This document shows positions 1 through 12,369 of a stretch of 64,000 bases of DNA, one piece after another (position 1 is the stretch's first letter; every line of letters begins with the position of its first letter). Made by a program: the position numbers and the translations under genes. The notes under the pieces are model-generated. The model was not told the DNA's origin. It saw only the letters and a program-made list of their open reading frames with translations, and did no database searches. The DNA is from Lama guanicoe (Eukaryota): the NCBI GenBank assembly GCA_013239625.1, contig MU054049.1, positions 2,173,892 to 2,237,891 on the forward strand, in the 5' to 3' direction.

Positions 1-385
1 TAAATTGATATAGGTTTAAAAAGTTGATTGAAAATTGACAAGGGTACATATAACAGAAATCATAAAAGTAGATGTGAATGACTGAAATTTAGGAAAGAAG
101 GCAGGATCTCATTTTTCTTTGAAAATATGTTAAACTTTTTAAGTGATTGATGAAAGTAAATTACATAGTTTTAGAAGAACTATATAAGGATAAAAAATGA
201 AAGTACTGCTTTCACCATAGGCCCTCCCCCAATCTCTTTTAATTTCTATTTTCATTTTTCCGGCAGTTACCATCATAACACTAGCCAATGTAAATAAACA
301 TTATTTTTTGATACCCCCTTATTACAGCTGAGGAACTTAGCATGATAACACATCACCTCCATACTTTACTTCCCAATTTTTTAGT

Positions 386-741
386 GCATTAGTCTGCACA
401 TGCTGCCGTAACACAAAATACCAGACTGAGTGGCTCAAACAACAGAAATTAATTTTCTCACAGTTCTGGAGGCTAGAAGTCCCAGATCAAGGTCCAACAG
501 GATGTGTTTCTGGTGAGATCTCTCTCTGGCTTTCAGAGAGCTGCTTTTTCACTGTGTCCTCTTGTGGCCTTTCCTCAGTGTGCATACACGGAACTCTGCT
601 GTTTCTTCTCATAAGGACACTGATACCATGGGATCAGGGTCTCTCTTTTATGACCTCACTTAATCTTAATTACTTCCTTACTTCAAATACAGCCCCACTG
701 GGGGTTAGGGTTAGAAGTAGATAAATACATTCAGCCCATAA
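386..741 (-). mobile_element. ERVL-MaLR solo LTR (MLT1A/B/C-like)
   Basis: Typical reverse-complement MLT1 text: 'ctcaaacaacagaaattaattttctcacagttctggaggctagaagtcc ... ttcagcccataa'. Confidence 0.85.
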
Positions 742-819
742 TGGTCCGTTGTTTTTAGTTATAGTAGTTATTTCAAATTCACTAACTCCTCCGCAGTTAC
801 CTAGTCTGTGTTACCAGAA

Positions 820-1411
820 CTTTCACCTGAGCTATTGCAACAGCTTCCTAACTGGGCTCCTCGGATTAGTTCTATGCCCTTCATAAGCCATTTTCTACAC
901 TTCAGCTGTAGTGAGCTTGCAGAGCCAAAAAACTGAGCACATCAGTCAACGCTTGAAATATATCAGTGATTTCTTGTGTTCTTTGAACAAAGGCCTAAAT
1001 CCGTCACTCTTCTTCCTAGTAAGGCCCCTGTGGTCTGGCCCCCGTCTACTTCCCAAGTCTCATAGTGTACTGCTGAGCCATGTTTTCTGGGGTTTGCCCA
1101 CACTTACTTACTTTTAGTTTTGCCAGCCTGTTTTCCCTTGTTAACACTCACTCTTTTTTCAGATGCCAGCTCCATCATTACTTCTTGAAGGAAGCCTTCC
1201 CAGATGTTTCCCTGTCTAAGTTAGCATCCTTCCTCTTACACTTTCGCTTGATGGAATCTACCATAGTATTGTTCTGACATTTGTGTGAGACTTTGAGTTG
1301 TACAAGATGGCAAGTCTATGACAGCAGGAATTGCCCTTCTGTCCATCTGTCCTTCCTTGTTCCCAAGCATTGCATGTAAACCCTCATTAAACTGACTGTT
1401 GACTGAATGAA
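820..1411 (+). mobile_element. LINE-2 3' end fragment
   Basis: 'tattgcaacagcttcctaactggg...' and 'ttcttgaaggaagccttcccag', ending in an L2-type tail 'ctgttgactgaatgaa'. Confidence 0.75.
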
Positions 1412-1899
1412 AAACCTTTAAGAATTACTCTTTTTAGGGCTCTGTCAATTTAAACTGCTTTTATAGCCTTTTCTGCCTTGTTTTTAGGTTGATTTAAAAA
1501 TTGAAGGCAATAAGTAAGTTAAAATACTACATTTATAGAAATATTATTCATTGAAGATCCAAATAGTATGATAGTATATTTTCTTTTCCATAATCCAATG
1601 GCACTAAATACAGATAAAATGGATTTTCCCCATAATTCTTTTCTTTTGCTCAAAATTATGCTGCATTTTATTTTTATTCCTTTTCTGTACAGCTCATGGA
1701 GTTTTTGTTTTGTTTTCTTTCCAGTTGCTTTTCTTTTTTAATGTAATAAAGAAAATGCACTTGCTTTTATCATCAGATTAATGTTCAGGTTCTTAGAATG
1801 TTCAGGTTCTTAATTATATAGTTTGTTGGGAATTATTCTTCTTGAAGACATTCTTCACATAATCATTTGCCTTCTGTTCTAATTTAGTCTGTTTTAACT

Positions 1900-3625
1900 A
1901 CCTTTTAATTTATTTTGAAATACTTTAAAATTTACAGAAAAGTTACAAGCACAGGAAGAGAAATGCCCATAGACCTTTCACTCAGATTCCTTTGCTATTG
2001 ATATTTCATCATATGCATACTCTAAGTGTATGTAGCCACTGTCATTAGGCTTTTCCTGAACCATTTGAGAGTAACATGCAGACATGATGCCCATCCATCT
2101 GTACATATTCCAGTGTGTGTTTCCTCTAAATAAGGACACTCTCCTGTACAACTTCCATCCAACTCTCTGAAAATGGAAATCAATACTGACTGCTAGAATA
2201 CAAGCTTCCAGTTTTACAAATCCCAGTCAAACTTCACCAACTTCTACAACAATGTTTCTTTTTTAACCAGTTTGGGATCCTTAAGCAAAATTTCACAGAG
2301 GGCCTAGGAGATAGAAACTTTGAGTTCTTCCTGGCATATATAAAGTTGTCATTTATATGCCGTCACACTTGATTGGTGGTTTGGCTGCGTCTAGAGGTCT
2401 TTTCCCTCAAAAGTTTGAAAGCACTGAACCACTGACTTCTGCACTGTTGCTGATGGAACCCTAATGCCAGTCGGATACTTAGGTCTTTGATAATAAGGTT
2501 GTTTGTTTTTTGTTTGGTTGTTTCTAGAGACTTTAAAAGTTTTTGTCTTAGTTTTTAGACATCTGAAATTTCATTCATTTTTCATTTCTTTTGACATTTG
2601 GTGTGTCTATTTGTTCTGAAGTCTCAACATTTTCTATAGCTCAGGGATTTTTTTTTTATTTAAAAAAATGGATATCTCCTCTCCATTGCCTCTATTCTCT
2701 TTAATGAAAATTCTGTTAGATGTTTGATCCCCTAGACAGATCCTTCATTTGGGATTTTTTTCCCATTTTCAACCACTAAAAAATTTTAAAACACATACAG
2801 AATAAATGATTATACACAGAATATGTACAGCTCAGTAACCTATCACAAAGCAAATCTCTATGGAATTATTGCTATGGTTAAGAAATATGAAACAGAGAGG
2901 GCAGTATATTTCAAACAGTAGAGTGGATGCTTAGCATACACAGAGTCCTGGGTTCAATCCCCAGTACCTCCTCCAAAAATAAATAAATATACCTAATTAC
3001 CTCTTCCACCCGCAAAAAAGAAGTATGAAACATTGCCAGCATCCCAGAACCCATTCCTGCCTCTGACCCTTCCCCAGTCACTACTCTCTCTTCTGTAAAG
3101 ATAGCTGCCATTCTTCCTTGCTGTGATAGTCGTTTTCTTGCATTTTAAAATCGTTTACCACCTAAGCATGTATCCCTGCGGTTTTGCTTTACAAAATTAA
3201 AAACTAACTTGTGGAATTGTATGGCATGTATTCTTTTTGTGGCTTTTTTCATTCAGTGTTGATTTTCAAGACTTATTTGTGTTCCATGTAGTTGCACTTA
3301 ATTTTTATCGTGGTGTTGTATTATTTTATATGACTGAGCCACTGTTGATGGACATTTGGGTTGTTCCTAGCTTTGAGTATTATATGCAATGCTGCTATGA
3401 ACACTTGTGCTCATGTCTCTTGGAGCATGTGTATACACATTGCTTTTGAGTCTATACCTAAGAGTAGAATTGCTGGATCATGGGTGATTATTGTGTGTGT
3501 TCAACCTATTAGATGATACTAATGAATTTTCCAAAGTGGATTTTACCAACTTATCTCTACTCATAACAGTTTGAGAGTTCCCCTCTGTTTCACATCCTTA
3601 CCAGTACTTACTACCTCTCCTTTAC
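1900..3625 (-). mobile_element. Mosaic of old L1 (L1MC/L1ME-like) fragments
   Basis: 'tttattttgaaatactttaaaatttacagaaaagttac' and 'gatggacatttgggttgttcc...agtagaattgctggatcatgg' are antisense L1 3' motifs. Confidence 0.7.
2895..3017 (+). mobile_element. tRNA-derived SINE (camelid Vic-1-like)
   Basis: B-box 'ggttcaatccc', body 'gtagagtggatgcttagcatacac', A-rich tail; 15-bp TSD aagaa(a/g)tatgaaaca at 2880-2894 and 3018-3032. Confidence 0.85.
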
Positions 3626-4896
3626 TCATTCCAGTGATTGGCTTTTTTTACTTCTCCCACAGGACACGTTCCTGCCCCTCTCAGCCTCCCTCCCCACCAG
3701 CTCCAACTCCAAGGTACCTTTCTTTGCAGGTTTAGGGGTGGAGGGGCGGAGTAGGATCCCAGCATTGGAAGGGAAGTGGTCACCCTTGGTTAGTACTGAG
3801 CTTTGACTTCTGTCTCCTTGGCTTTGCAGGGCCTGGTTTGGCATGTGCAGATAATATAGACGGGATTTTGACGCTCTGCTTATCTCTTTGGAGGCATGCT
3901 TTCACTGAGATTTTAGCCCATTGATTCTTGGGAATCAGACCACTTCTTTGATTCTTTACAGTATTTGATATACTGTAAAATTTTTTTGCCCAGCAGCTTC
4001 AGCTTGAGGAGTGGCTCACAGAACCTAGTCAGCTTTATTTCTGGAAACGGAAATTTTTGGTTTTAGTTGAATTTTTTCAATTTATTTTCTTGGCTTATTT
4101 GTCAGTGTCCACCTCACTCTTTTGTGCTATTGAGTTTTTTTTTTCAAATATTTGATGATTTTGTCCATGGCTGTGAAGTCAGAATGTGACTGACAAGTGT
4201 GGGTAGGGGCCAAAGCTAAAAGTTGAAGTATTTTTTGCTTTATTTCTGTGTACTTAGTGATTGTGCTTTATCAGGCAATCCTCTTTTGCAAACTCATTCA
4301 TTCAAATACTTATTGAGTGCCTCCCCTGTGCAAGGAATTATAATTAATTGTTCGGAGTATGAACTTAACAGATGGAGTTTACATTGCAATGCAGACAGAC
4401 TTTAAACAACTATGTCACTATTTAATTATAATTTTTAAAATATTACAAAGGAAAAATATGTGAAGCTATGTAAGTATGCAACAGAAGCACCTGATCTAAG
4501 TCAGTACTCTTTAAATTGAAACCTCTCAAAGAATAACAAGTGATAATTACCTAGGAAAAGGGGGAAATGATGGGGGAGAGGCCTAAGATAAAAGAAAATA
4601 ATATATATATTCTCATAAAGATTTCCTTCCTAGTTGGGCTCTACTTCTTCATTCAGGAAGGTATGCCCTGCTCAGAGACTTTAGCCTATATTTAAATGAC
4701 CAGAGCCCTATTATAAGAGTAGCCGGGAGATCAAGGGTTTGGCTTTTCCATTATAGCAGTTTCAAGCAAGGAAGACATAGGTTGGAAATGGAGATTGGGT
4801 CAGCTACCTGTAGTTTCTGCTCCAAAACAATGATTAGATTCCAAAAGGGATGAGATTTTAAGGTTTGTTGGGGTAGCAGCAAAATCTAAAGGTTGA

Positions 4897-4970
4897 GGTG
4901 GGTGGGTATAACTCAGTGGTAGAGTGGATGCTTAGCATGCATGAGGTCCTGGGTTCAATCCCCAGTACCT

Positions 4971-4972
<2 letters not shown>
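4897..4972 (+). mobile_element. tRNA-derived SINE (Vic-1-like), head only, followed by a microsatellite
   Basis: A-box 'taactcagtgg', B-box 'ggttcaatccc'; similar to the other three copies in the window. Confidence 0.85.
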
Positions 4973-5001
<29 letters not shown>

Positions 5002-5153
5002 TGTATATATATATACATATATATATACATATACACACATATATATACATATATATACATATACATATATATATAATTATATATATGTACACACATACAT
5101 ATACATGTAAAAATATGTACTTTATATATATATGTGTGTATGTATATATATAT
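4973..5153. repeat. Compound (TA)n/(TG)n/(TACA)n microsatellite
   Basis: Directly visible. Confidence 0.95.
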
Positions 5154-5672
5154 TCTAATAAAATCCTAATGAAGAGAATTCAGGGACCCTAGATAAACCC
5201 AAAAACTAAAATCCAATTTGCTCAAGAAGAGAATCCAGCATTTTATTTTATACAAAGAATATGGGGAAAAAAGGATAGGGTTAAGATTTTAGTCCATATA
5301 ATTTTTTTTATGATCACGTCCTTAGTATTTAAATATATTCAGCCTTATTTAACCAAAACTAATGTTTAGCAATAGAAATACTTAAAGTGGACATTTAAAA
5401 CAAAGATATTAAGGGGAGAAAAGTTGACAAAGGATGGAATGAATGCTTATAGACTTAAGTCATGAAAAGGAAAATTTACTGGTAGGATAAAAAAATAAAG
5501 TCCAACACCTCGCTGTATAGGAAATACCTGAAGTAGAAAGATACAAATTTTAGGCCACTTTTTAACTTTCAGCTCATTTCTTTTTATTGCTTACTAACAT
5601 TTAATTGTATGGATGTATTTCATTGCTGTGTCAACAGATAGGGCCTAGTAGCAATAACATCCTAGTAACAAT

Positions 5673-6014
5673 TGTTACTGGGAAAACGAAAATAAGAATT
5701 ACCTCAGTTCTTAGTAACCTGAAAAAAAGAATTTTTAACGAGCAAGATTTTATTAGTGAAGTAAAAAAAAAAATAGTGAAAGATATACACTCCTGAGAAT
5801 TGGGAGTAGGCCAGTCCAAGAGAGGAAAAATGGCGCCATTCCTTTGTTTATCTTGTTTTTATATCCTGGTTTCGTGATTGATTGATAGATTGATTGACAA
5901 CTCAGGTTCCCTGCGCTCTAGTTGATTGACAGCTCAGGTTCGTTGTGTTCTGAATTGTTCTTTCCCCTTCCTGTCCCCCTGCCCAGTGCTCATTTCTATC
6001 TGAACTGCCTAACA
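5673..6014 (-). mobile_element. Solo LTR, probably ERV1 class (family not recognised)
   Basis: TGTTA...TAACA termini, exact 4-bp TSD 'caat' (5669-5672, 6015-6018), minus-strand TATA-like 'atataaaaa' (~5856-5864) and AATAAA (~5749-5754); interrupts an old L1. Confidence 0.8.
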
Positions 6015-6018
6015 CAAT

Positions 6019-6835
6019 GAACACATCTAGCACCCAGGTCTTGGTTTCTGATACCATAAATGAGCTCCCAGTGGCCAAATCTGGAACAATTGAGCAATAA
6101 ACTAAAGTAGTATTGAGTTATAAACTCAAAGTACAAGACAAATACTCACAAGTCTACACTTACATAAACAAACTATTGAATAAATTTTAAAATGATGGAG
6201 AAGAGATATATTTCCATGTAGAAGAATTCTGTAGATAGTCCTCCCTCAAGGTCTTAACTCTCCAGACCCTAACTGTGGACTCTGCTTAGTGACTTCCTTC
6301 CAAGAGCATAGTATGGAAAGGGGGTAAAAGAGTGAAAGAGAAACCTGACAAACACTACCTCAGCCAGGTGGTCAAGGTCAACACTGACAATGGTATGTTG
6401 ATAGAATGTACCTTTGATAAGGTGTAGTGAGAATGGCACTTTACCTCTGTGATCTTCCTGTCTGAAACCCACAGTCTCAGTCTAACCATAAGAAAAACAT
6501 GAAACAATTCCCCGTTGAGGGACATTCTAGAAAACACCTGACTTGTACTCCACAAAACTATCAAGGTCATCAAAATCAAAGCCTAAGAAACTGTCACAGC
6601 CAAGAGAAGCCTACGGAGACGTGATGACTAAACATGGTGTCCAGGATGGGATGCTGGAACAGAAAAGAGATATTAGGTAAAAACTAAGGAAATCTGAAAA
6701 AGCATAAACTTTAATATACCACACTAATATAAAGTGTTAATAGAGGAAATTTGGTGTGGGCTATATAAAAACTATTTACAAATTTTATGTAAATCAAACT
6801 ATTCTAAAAAGTTTATTTTTAAAAACTAAAAAAAA
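6019..6835 (+). mobile_element. Old L1 (L1MC/L1MD-like) 3' end
   Basis: 'cacatctagcacccaggtcttggtttctgatacc', 'gatgggatgctggaacagaaaag', tail 'actattctaaaaagtttattttt'. Confidence 0.75.
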
Positions 6836-7777
6836 AGATGTGCAAAATGAAGTGGAACAGACTAGCTAGTAAGTGCATTAATATCCATTGTAGACATAGC
6901 AGGACAAGTCAACAGTGAAAAGCAAGATGGATTTAATATTTTTATAGACAATAAAATGGGACAAATAATACGGAAAACATGGTTTCTCAAGTATTTGATT
7001 CCTTTATAAAAAGTTCACTTTGGGGGCAGGAAAATCTATGTAAAATATAAAAAAGTAGAAACTTTAAACACTACATTCTTAGAACTAATGGCTTGTAAAA
7101 TGATGTCATTAAAATGTGTAACAATAATTGAAGACTAAAAAATTATCCACACATGTTTAAAAAATCCCAGAATATATTATACACCAACATTTATAAATAG
7201 TACTTATTAGAATTTACACAACACAGTCAAAATTGTAATTTACCAGAAAATAGTGCTATATTCTTTATTCTAGAAATAAGGTAGACATGTCTGTTACCAA
7301 GAAAGAGAAAAACACAAACTATAATCTGAAACTGGGGAAAAGAACTCAGAGAACCAAAGAAAAAGAGAAAATGGAAATCAGGAAAAGAAGAAAGTGAATA
7401 CTGGAAACTGAATAAAATTGCACTTATCCTGCAATATTTCAGCCAAATTTATATCAACATAACCTTAAGAAAGAAAATTAAGTCAATAAAATTAGAAATA
7501 TAAAGGGAAGTTCATTTCAGAAGAATTTTTAAAAATATTAGGGAAAGTTAGCAAAAAACGTGGAGCCCCAGAAAGGTTTTTCTTTGAAAAAATTTCACTT
7601 AAATACAGCATTCAGTCATTCAATAAATACTAATCGAGCATCTGTCAGGTGTCAGGCGCTACTCCAGTTGCTGTGGCTATAGTGTTGAACTAAACATCAT
7701 CTCTGCTTCCAGTGCACGCTTATATTCTAGATGAGGGAACAATAAAATGTATGCCAGATGGAGTGTTGGTGTTAGGA

Positions 7778-8152
7778 TGTATTCGTTTACCAGCGCTGCC
7801 ATAACGAAGGACCATAAACTGGGTGGCTTAAACAAGAAATTCATTTTCTCACAGTTCCGTAAGCTAGAAGTCTGACATCAAGGAGCTGGCAGGGTCACTT
7901 TTCTCTCTTCTTGGCTTGCAGATGGCTTCCTTCTCCCTTTGTCTTCACATGGTCTTCCCTCTGTGTGTACCGGTGTCCTAATCTCTTCTTATGAGGACAC
8001 CAGTCATAATGGATTAGGGCCCACCTGAATGGCCTCCTTTTACCTTAATTACCATTTTAAAGGGCCTGTCTTCAATACAGTCACATTTTGAGGTACTGGA
8101 ATTTAGGACTTAAACGTAGACATTTTAAAGAAACGTAATTCAGACCATAACG
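7778..8152 (-). mobile_element. MaLR solo LTR (MLT1B/C-like)
   Basis: 'gctgccataacgaaggaccataaactgggtggcttaaac ... attcagaccataac'; homologous to 386-741. Confidence 0.85.
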
Positions 8153-8528
8153 GATGCTCTGTTCTGCTCTGGTAACACATTAACCTCCAAGAGCTCAGTG
8201 GTTTAACACAGGTTTATCCCTCACTCTTGCAAAATTGAGTAAGCCAGACAACTTCCCAGGGCAGCTGCCTGATGAGGTGACTCAGTGATGCAGGCTGTTT
8301 TCCATTCTGTGGCTTTGCCAGTGCAACCTGTGGTCTCTAAGATGCTGCAGCGGGGGAGAAAGAGCTGGAGGGTTGCCTGCTGGCTCTCAGAAACCTTTCC
8401 CCGGAAGTGTAGGTACGCCCGTCTGCTCACAGCCCATCGGTCAGAGCTAGGCATGTGGCCCTACCTAATTGCAAGCATTACCGGGGTGGGGAATGGATAT
8501 TTAATGAGCTGTAAACGTCTCTGCCACA
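8153..8528 (-). mobile_element. Older MaLR LTR (MLT1J/K/L-like)
   Basis: 'ctcagtggtttaacacaggtttat ... ctctgccaca' terminus. Confidence 0.65.
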
Positions 8529-8989
8529 GATGGTAATATGTGCTAAGAACAAAAACCAAGCAGAGAAGGGTGACAGATATGAGTGCTGTTTTAGAAAGGG
8601 TGGTCAAACCCCACCACTGTGAGAAAGTTACATCTAAGTAAAGTCACAAAGGAAGTGAGGAATGGGGGCAAATGCTCTGTGCCTGAGAAAATGAAGAAAT
8701 AGCAGGGAAGCCCAGTGGCTGAAGCAAAGCAAGTGAGGAGGGATGGGAGGAAATGAAGGGCTACATTAAGGAAGACTTTACAGGCAAGAACTTTGGACTT
8801 AATTCTGCACTGGGAAAATACTGAGGGCTGACATAGTTGGACTTGATTGAAAAATAACTCTGGTGATTGTGTAGAAAAAGACGGTAGCAGGCAAGGATGG
8901 AAGTCAGGAGGCAGAAAGGTACAGCAATCTTCCGTGTGGGAAATCAGGGGGCGGGGCTGGGGCTGGGGCTGGAATGAGCTGTCTCCTGG

Positions 8990-10010
8990 ATGATTTTCAC
9001 TCCCTCTCTCACCAAACCATCAGCAGCGTCTTTCTCTCCCTCTCCTCACTCTCAGCTTATTTTATTCAACTGTGAGCAATTGGAAAAGAAATTCCACATG
9101 CATCTAACAAGCCTACCAAGCTGTTTCAGAACTGCCCACGCCCCTTGTTGACCTGTCTGCAGACGATCCCTCCAGCCTTCTCGAGAACTTTCTACAGTTG
9201 TCCCTCTCTTCTGCATCGATCTTTCCTCATCACTGAACCATTTCTCTTAGCGTATAAATATTTAAACAGAAAACCTTTCCGCCCACATCTCTTGCCTGGT
9301 GTTGTCCCATCCCCTGCTGCTGCTCGCAGCTAAAAGCAACACATCTACTTGTTGTCCTGGCTGATTAGCCCTAAAATCACACTTGTATCCCCCTCACTTT
9401 ATCTTCATTGCTCTGTTCTCCAGCTCTAGGTGATCTCCAAACCACCAAGCCCAAAGGTCAGTTTCCATTTCACTCAGCTTCTCAGTACCAATGACACCAT
9501 CAGGCACTTCTGTCTCCCTGCAACCTCGTCATCCCTTAGCCTTCAGGACTCCTGTTTTGTTTTCCCTCTTACCTCTGGCTGCTCCTAAATTTTCTTTGCT
9601 GGTCTTCTAATCTCTAAATTTGCTTCTTGAACCTTTTAAGTTGTATGCATTTATTTGTCAGTATGGAAAATGTATTTTGTACCCTGGGTTGAGGTCAAAA
9701 GGTATAAATCACACTGCTCTGTGTGATCTCATTGAATCCGCTGACCAATTTATATCTCTGTGTGTCTCCTCGGCATTCCAGTGTCTTCTCTCTAGTTGCT
9801 AACTGTACAGCTCCATTTGGATGTCTGTTTGGTATGTAAAGGTTAAATGTTCAAAATCAAATGATTGATTTTTCTGCAAAGAGCACATGTCCCTTCTCCA
9901 TCTGAATGACAATTCGGTACTTTTGGTTGTACAGGACCCAAACCTTCACTCCGTCCTTCACATCCACCTTTAACCCGTCTGCAATCTTGCTGACTCTACT
10001 TTTGAACTAC
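8990..10010 (+). mobile_element. LINE-2 internal (ORF2-derived) fragment
   Basis: Pyrimidine-rich decayed L2 text such as 'caagcccaaaggtcagtttcc' and 'ctccatttggatgtct'. Confidence 0.6.
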
Positions 10011-10841
10011 ACCAAACACCATATGAAAGAAAATAGTCGCCAGTGTAGCACAAGAAGGCCAAAATCAAGAAAGAATAAGCAAATGGTATAGGTAAACCAC
10101 AACTTTTTGATTATTAATTAAAAGGAAAAGGGACTTAGACTTGGAATCAGGACACATAAATTCAAGGCTGGTGCTACCACATCATAGCTTTGCAGCACCT
10201 TAGTGGGTTACAGTTCACCACTTTCTCTCTTTGCAAGTCCCCCATTATTCCTTTACATTCATTATTCTGGTGGGACTCTAGTATATCCACTGGGTTGTCA
10301 TTAGATGGAATGCCATTATAGAGTTCTATACAATTGCAGTATATCTTATCATACATTTTATTTGCAGTGAGACACTGAACTAGAAATGGTTAGATATGTT
10401 AAACCTTTTGCTGGACCGTCAGATTTGACTGGCTCTTGAGGGGAACACTGGCCATTTGGCTCGGGCCTGACAGTCTTCCCCACAAAATCTACAAGAGGGT
10501 GGCCAATTTCCCTGTGTGGGCTGAGGCAATGAAAAGGTAGTCTATTAGGAGTCTCCAGCGCCACAAACAGGATTTGGAATTAACCTGTGCCTCAAGGCCG
10601 GTACCCACCTTGGAGTGAGCACCGGATCACCTATGAGCAATTCCCTTACCAGCAGCCTTCCATTCTAAATGCAAAGGCTTTTTTCCAGTTGTGTTTAGTT
10701 TCCTTGCTAGCAAGCTTATCTTCACCTCCAGTCCAGGCAGCAAGCATCCAGGCCCAGGCCCTGGACACATTCAAGGTGTCAGCTCCCAACCCCTTGGGAC
10801 TCTGACCTGTCCCACTACCCTCTTGCCAAAGGCCTGTATGG

Positions 10842-11030
10842 TTAACATTTATTGAGTACTCTATGTGTTGGGCCCTGTAAAGTGTTACGCCAGCATTATT
10901 TCATTTCATCATCATAACTATTCAGTTCAGTAGATATTATCTTACTTAGATGGAGAAAGAGGCTCAGAAATACTAAGTAAATTGCCTAGATAGTGATGGG
11001 TGAGCCAGGACTCAGCCTAGCATTGCCTCC
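10842..11030 (-). mobile_element. MIR SINE
   Basis: 'aacatttattgagtactctatgtg ... agatggagaaagaggctcagaaa ... aagtaaattgcc'. Confidence 0.7.
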
Positions 11031-12240
11031 GTGAGTACCATCTAATTCACAGATCCCTCTGGATCCAGGAAGGGTCTCCTCCACTTCCTATGGAAGGATG
11101 GCAGGATTCCACATCCATAGATCATCCAGCTGTTTTTGCTTCCCAGACGTGGTCTAGGCATAAGGTATATTAATGGGAGGTAAGTTTTCCTGCCTTCATG
11201 GAACATCTGAAAAGGTCAACCAGGTTGTGTTAACTGGCCTTGTAACCTGTTTTCCGTAGCAAAAGATGACGTGTGGATAAAATTCATCACTATATTTTGT
11301 ACTCTTTGTAGAGCTGCATTCTAGGTGTGTTATACAAATGAAGAGGATATTTGACCTTGTCTTAATGACCTGTAAGATATTTTGAGTCCCCTGTTTTGAC
11401 CCTGTCAATTTGCTCATAGACATACAAATATGCAGAGTGATTGGAATTGTACGGAGGAACATGATTATCCAATAGATCACACCTGGACAACAGGGCAATT
11501 CTGGAATGTTCAAGGGTATTTGCTTAGAATTCCTTTATGAATTTAGTGAGAAATAATGCAAACTATTAGTCTTTGATGCAGTGTATAATGAATATTATGG
11601 GAGAAGTTGTCAGTGGCTAAAACTTTACTTCTGCAAAGTTTCATCTAGGAAAACTAGACTTGGCAGAAACAGTCACTACAAAAAAAGTGACAGTGTTATT
11701 ATAATCAGGAAAGTTTGAGGCGGACAAAAAGCTGAATTCCAAATGAAATATTTACTTAGACATATTTGTATTTATACATACAAAGCCTAACCAAGAAAAT
11801 CATAATATAATTTAAAATAAAAATTGGAAGTCCCGTGAGCCTTCCTCACACCCCTTCTTTGAGGGTGGAGGGTAGGCTGTGGGCATAAACCTTCATTCCA
11901 CATTAGGGAGCAAAAGCAAACAACAGTGTGTGTTAATGCAAACAAAACCGTTATTTCTTATTCCTCCTGCTCTCCCTTCGTTTGCTAGCTTTGGGTAAGG
12001 AAGTATTTTCGTTGTTTTGTTTTTGTTTTTGTTTTTACCCCCTCCAAGTTCAGTTATCATAATGCCGGACCGAACTCCGTCTCTCTTCCAAAACACGAGT
12101 ATACGCGATCAGGCCCGGGGGTCACTAAAGGACGGCGCCGCGGTAGTGGAAGTCTGTCCTCTTCCTCGCCCGGGTTGGTGTGGGCGCGTCGGCTGTCGCC
12201 TCCCCACCGCCACCCGTGAGGTGGAAGCGCGGAAGGACCT

Positions 12241-12271
12241 CGCCGCCGCCGCCGCCGCCTCCGCCACCGCC
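12241..12271. repeat. Interrupted (CCG)n/(CGG)n tract
   Basis: 'cgccgccgccgccgccgcctccgccaccgcc'. Confidence 0.9.
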
Positions 12272-12325
12272 AACGCAGAGCACTCCGTCGTCGCCGAGCA
12301 ACGCCTCCGCCCCAACCCGGGCGAG

Positions 12326-12350
12326 CACGTGACGCATGCGTCACGTGACG
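12326..12350. promoter_or_regulatory. Palindromic double E-box (USF/MiT-TFE CLEAR-type) element with CGCATGCG core
   Basis: cacgtgacgcatgcgtcacgtg (12326-12347) is its own reverse complement; GTCACGTGAC at 12340-12349. Confidence 0.8.
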
Positions 12351-12369
12351 GGCCGGTCGGCGTCCTCCC

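Larger units (their letters stand above)
7605..8945 (-). mobile_element. LINE-2 3' region interrupted by two nested MaLR LTRs
   Basis: 'cattcagtcattcaataaatac' antisense L2 tail; L2 text stops near 7761 and resumes at ~8529 'gatggtaatatgtgcta'. Confidence 0.7.

Noticed and set aside
700..714. Telomere-like ggggttagggttag
   Set aside because: About two units only, within the normal end of an MLT1 LTR.
3663..3712. Splice-site pair (cccacag| ... AAG|gtacct) on +
   Set aside because: Upstream of the promoter, probably within decayed L1 5' sequence, weak donor, no supporting context.
4897..4972. tRNA gene calls for the A-box/B-box elements (also 2895, 14332, 36147)
   Set aside because: They have A-rich tails, mutual divergence and (for three copies) TSDs, so they are SINEs rather than tRNA genes.
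4898..5192. Tyr/Ile/His-rich ORFs
   Set aside because: Translation of a microsatellite.
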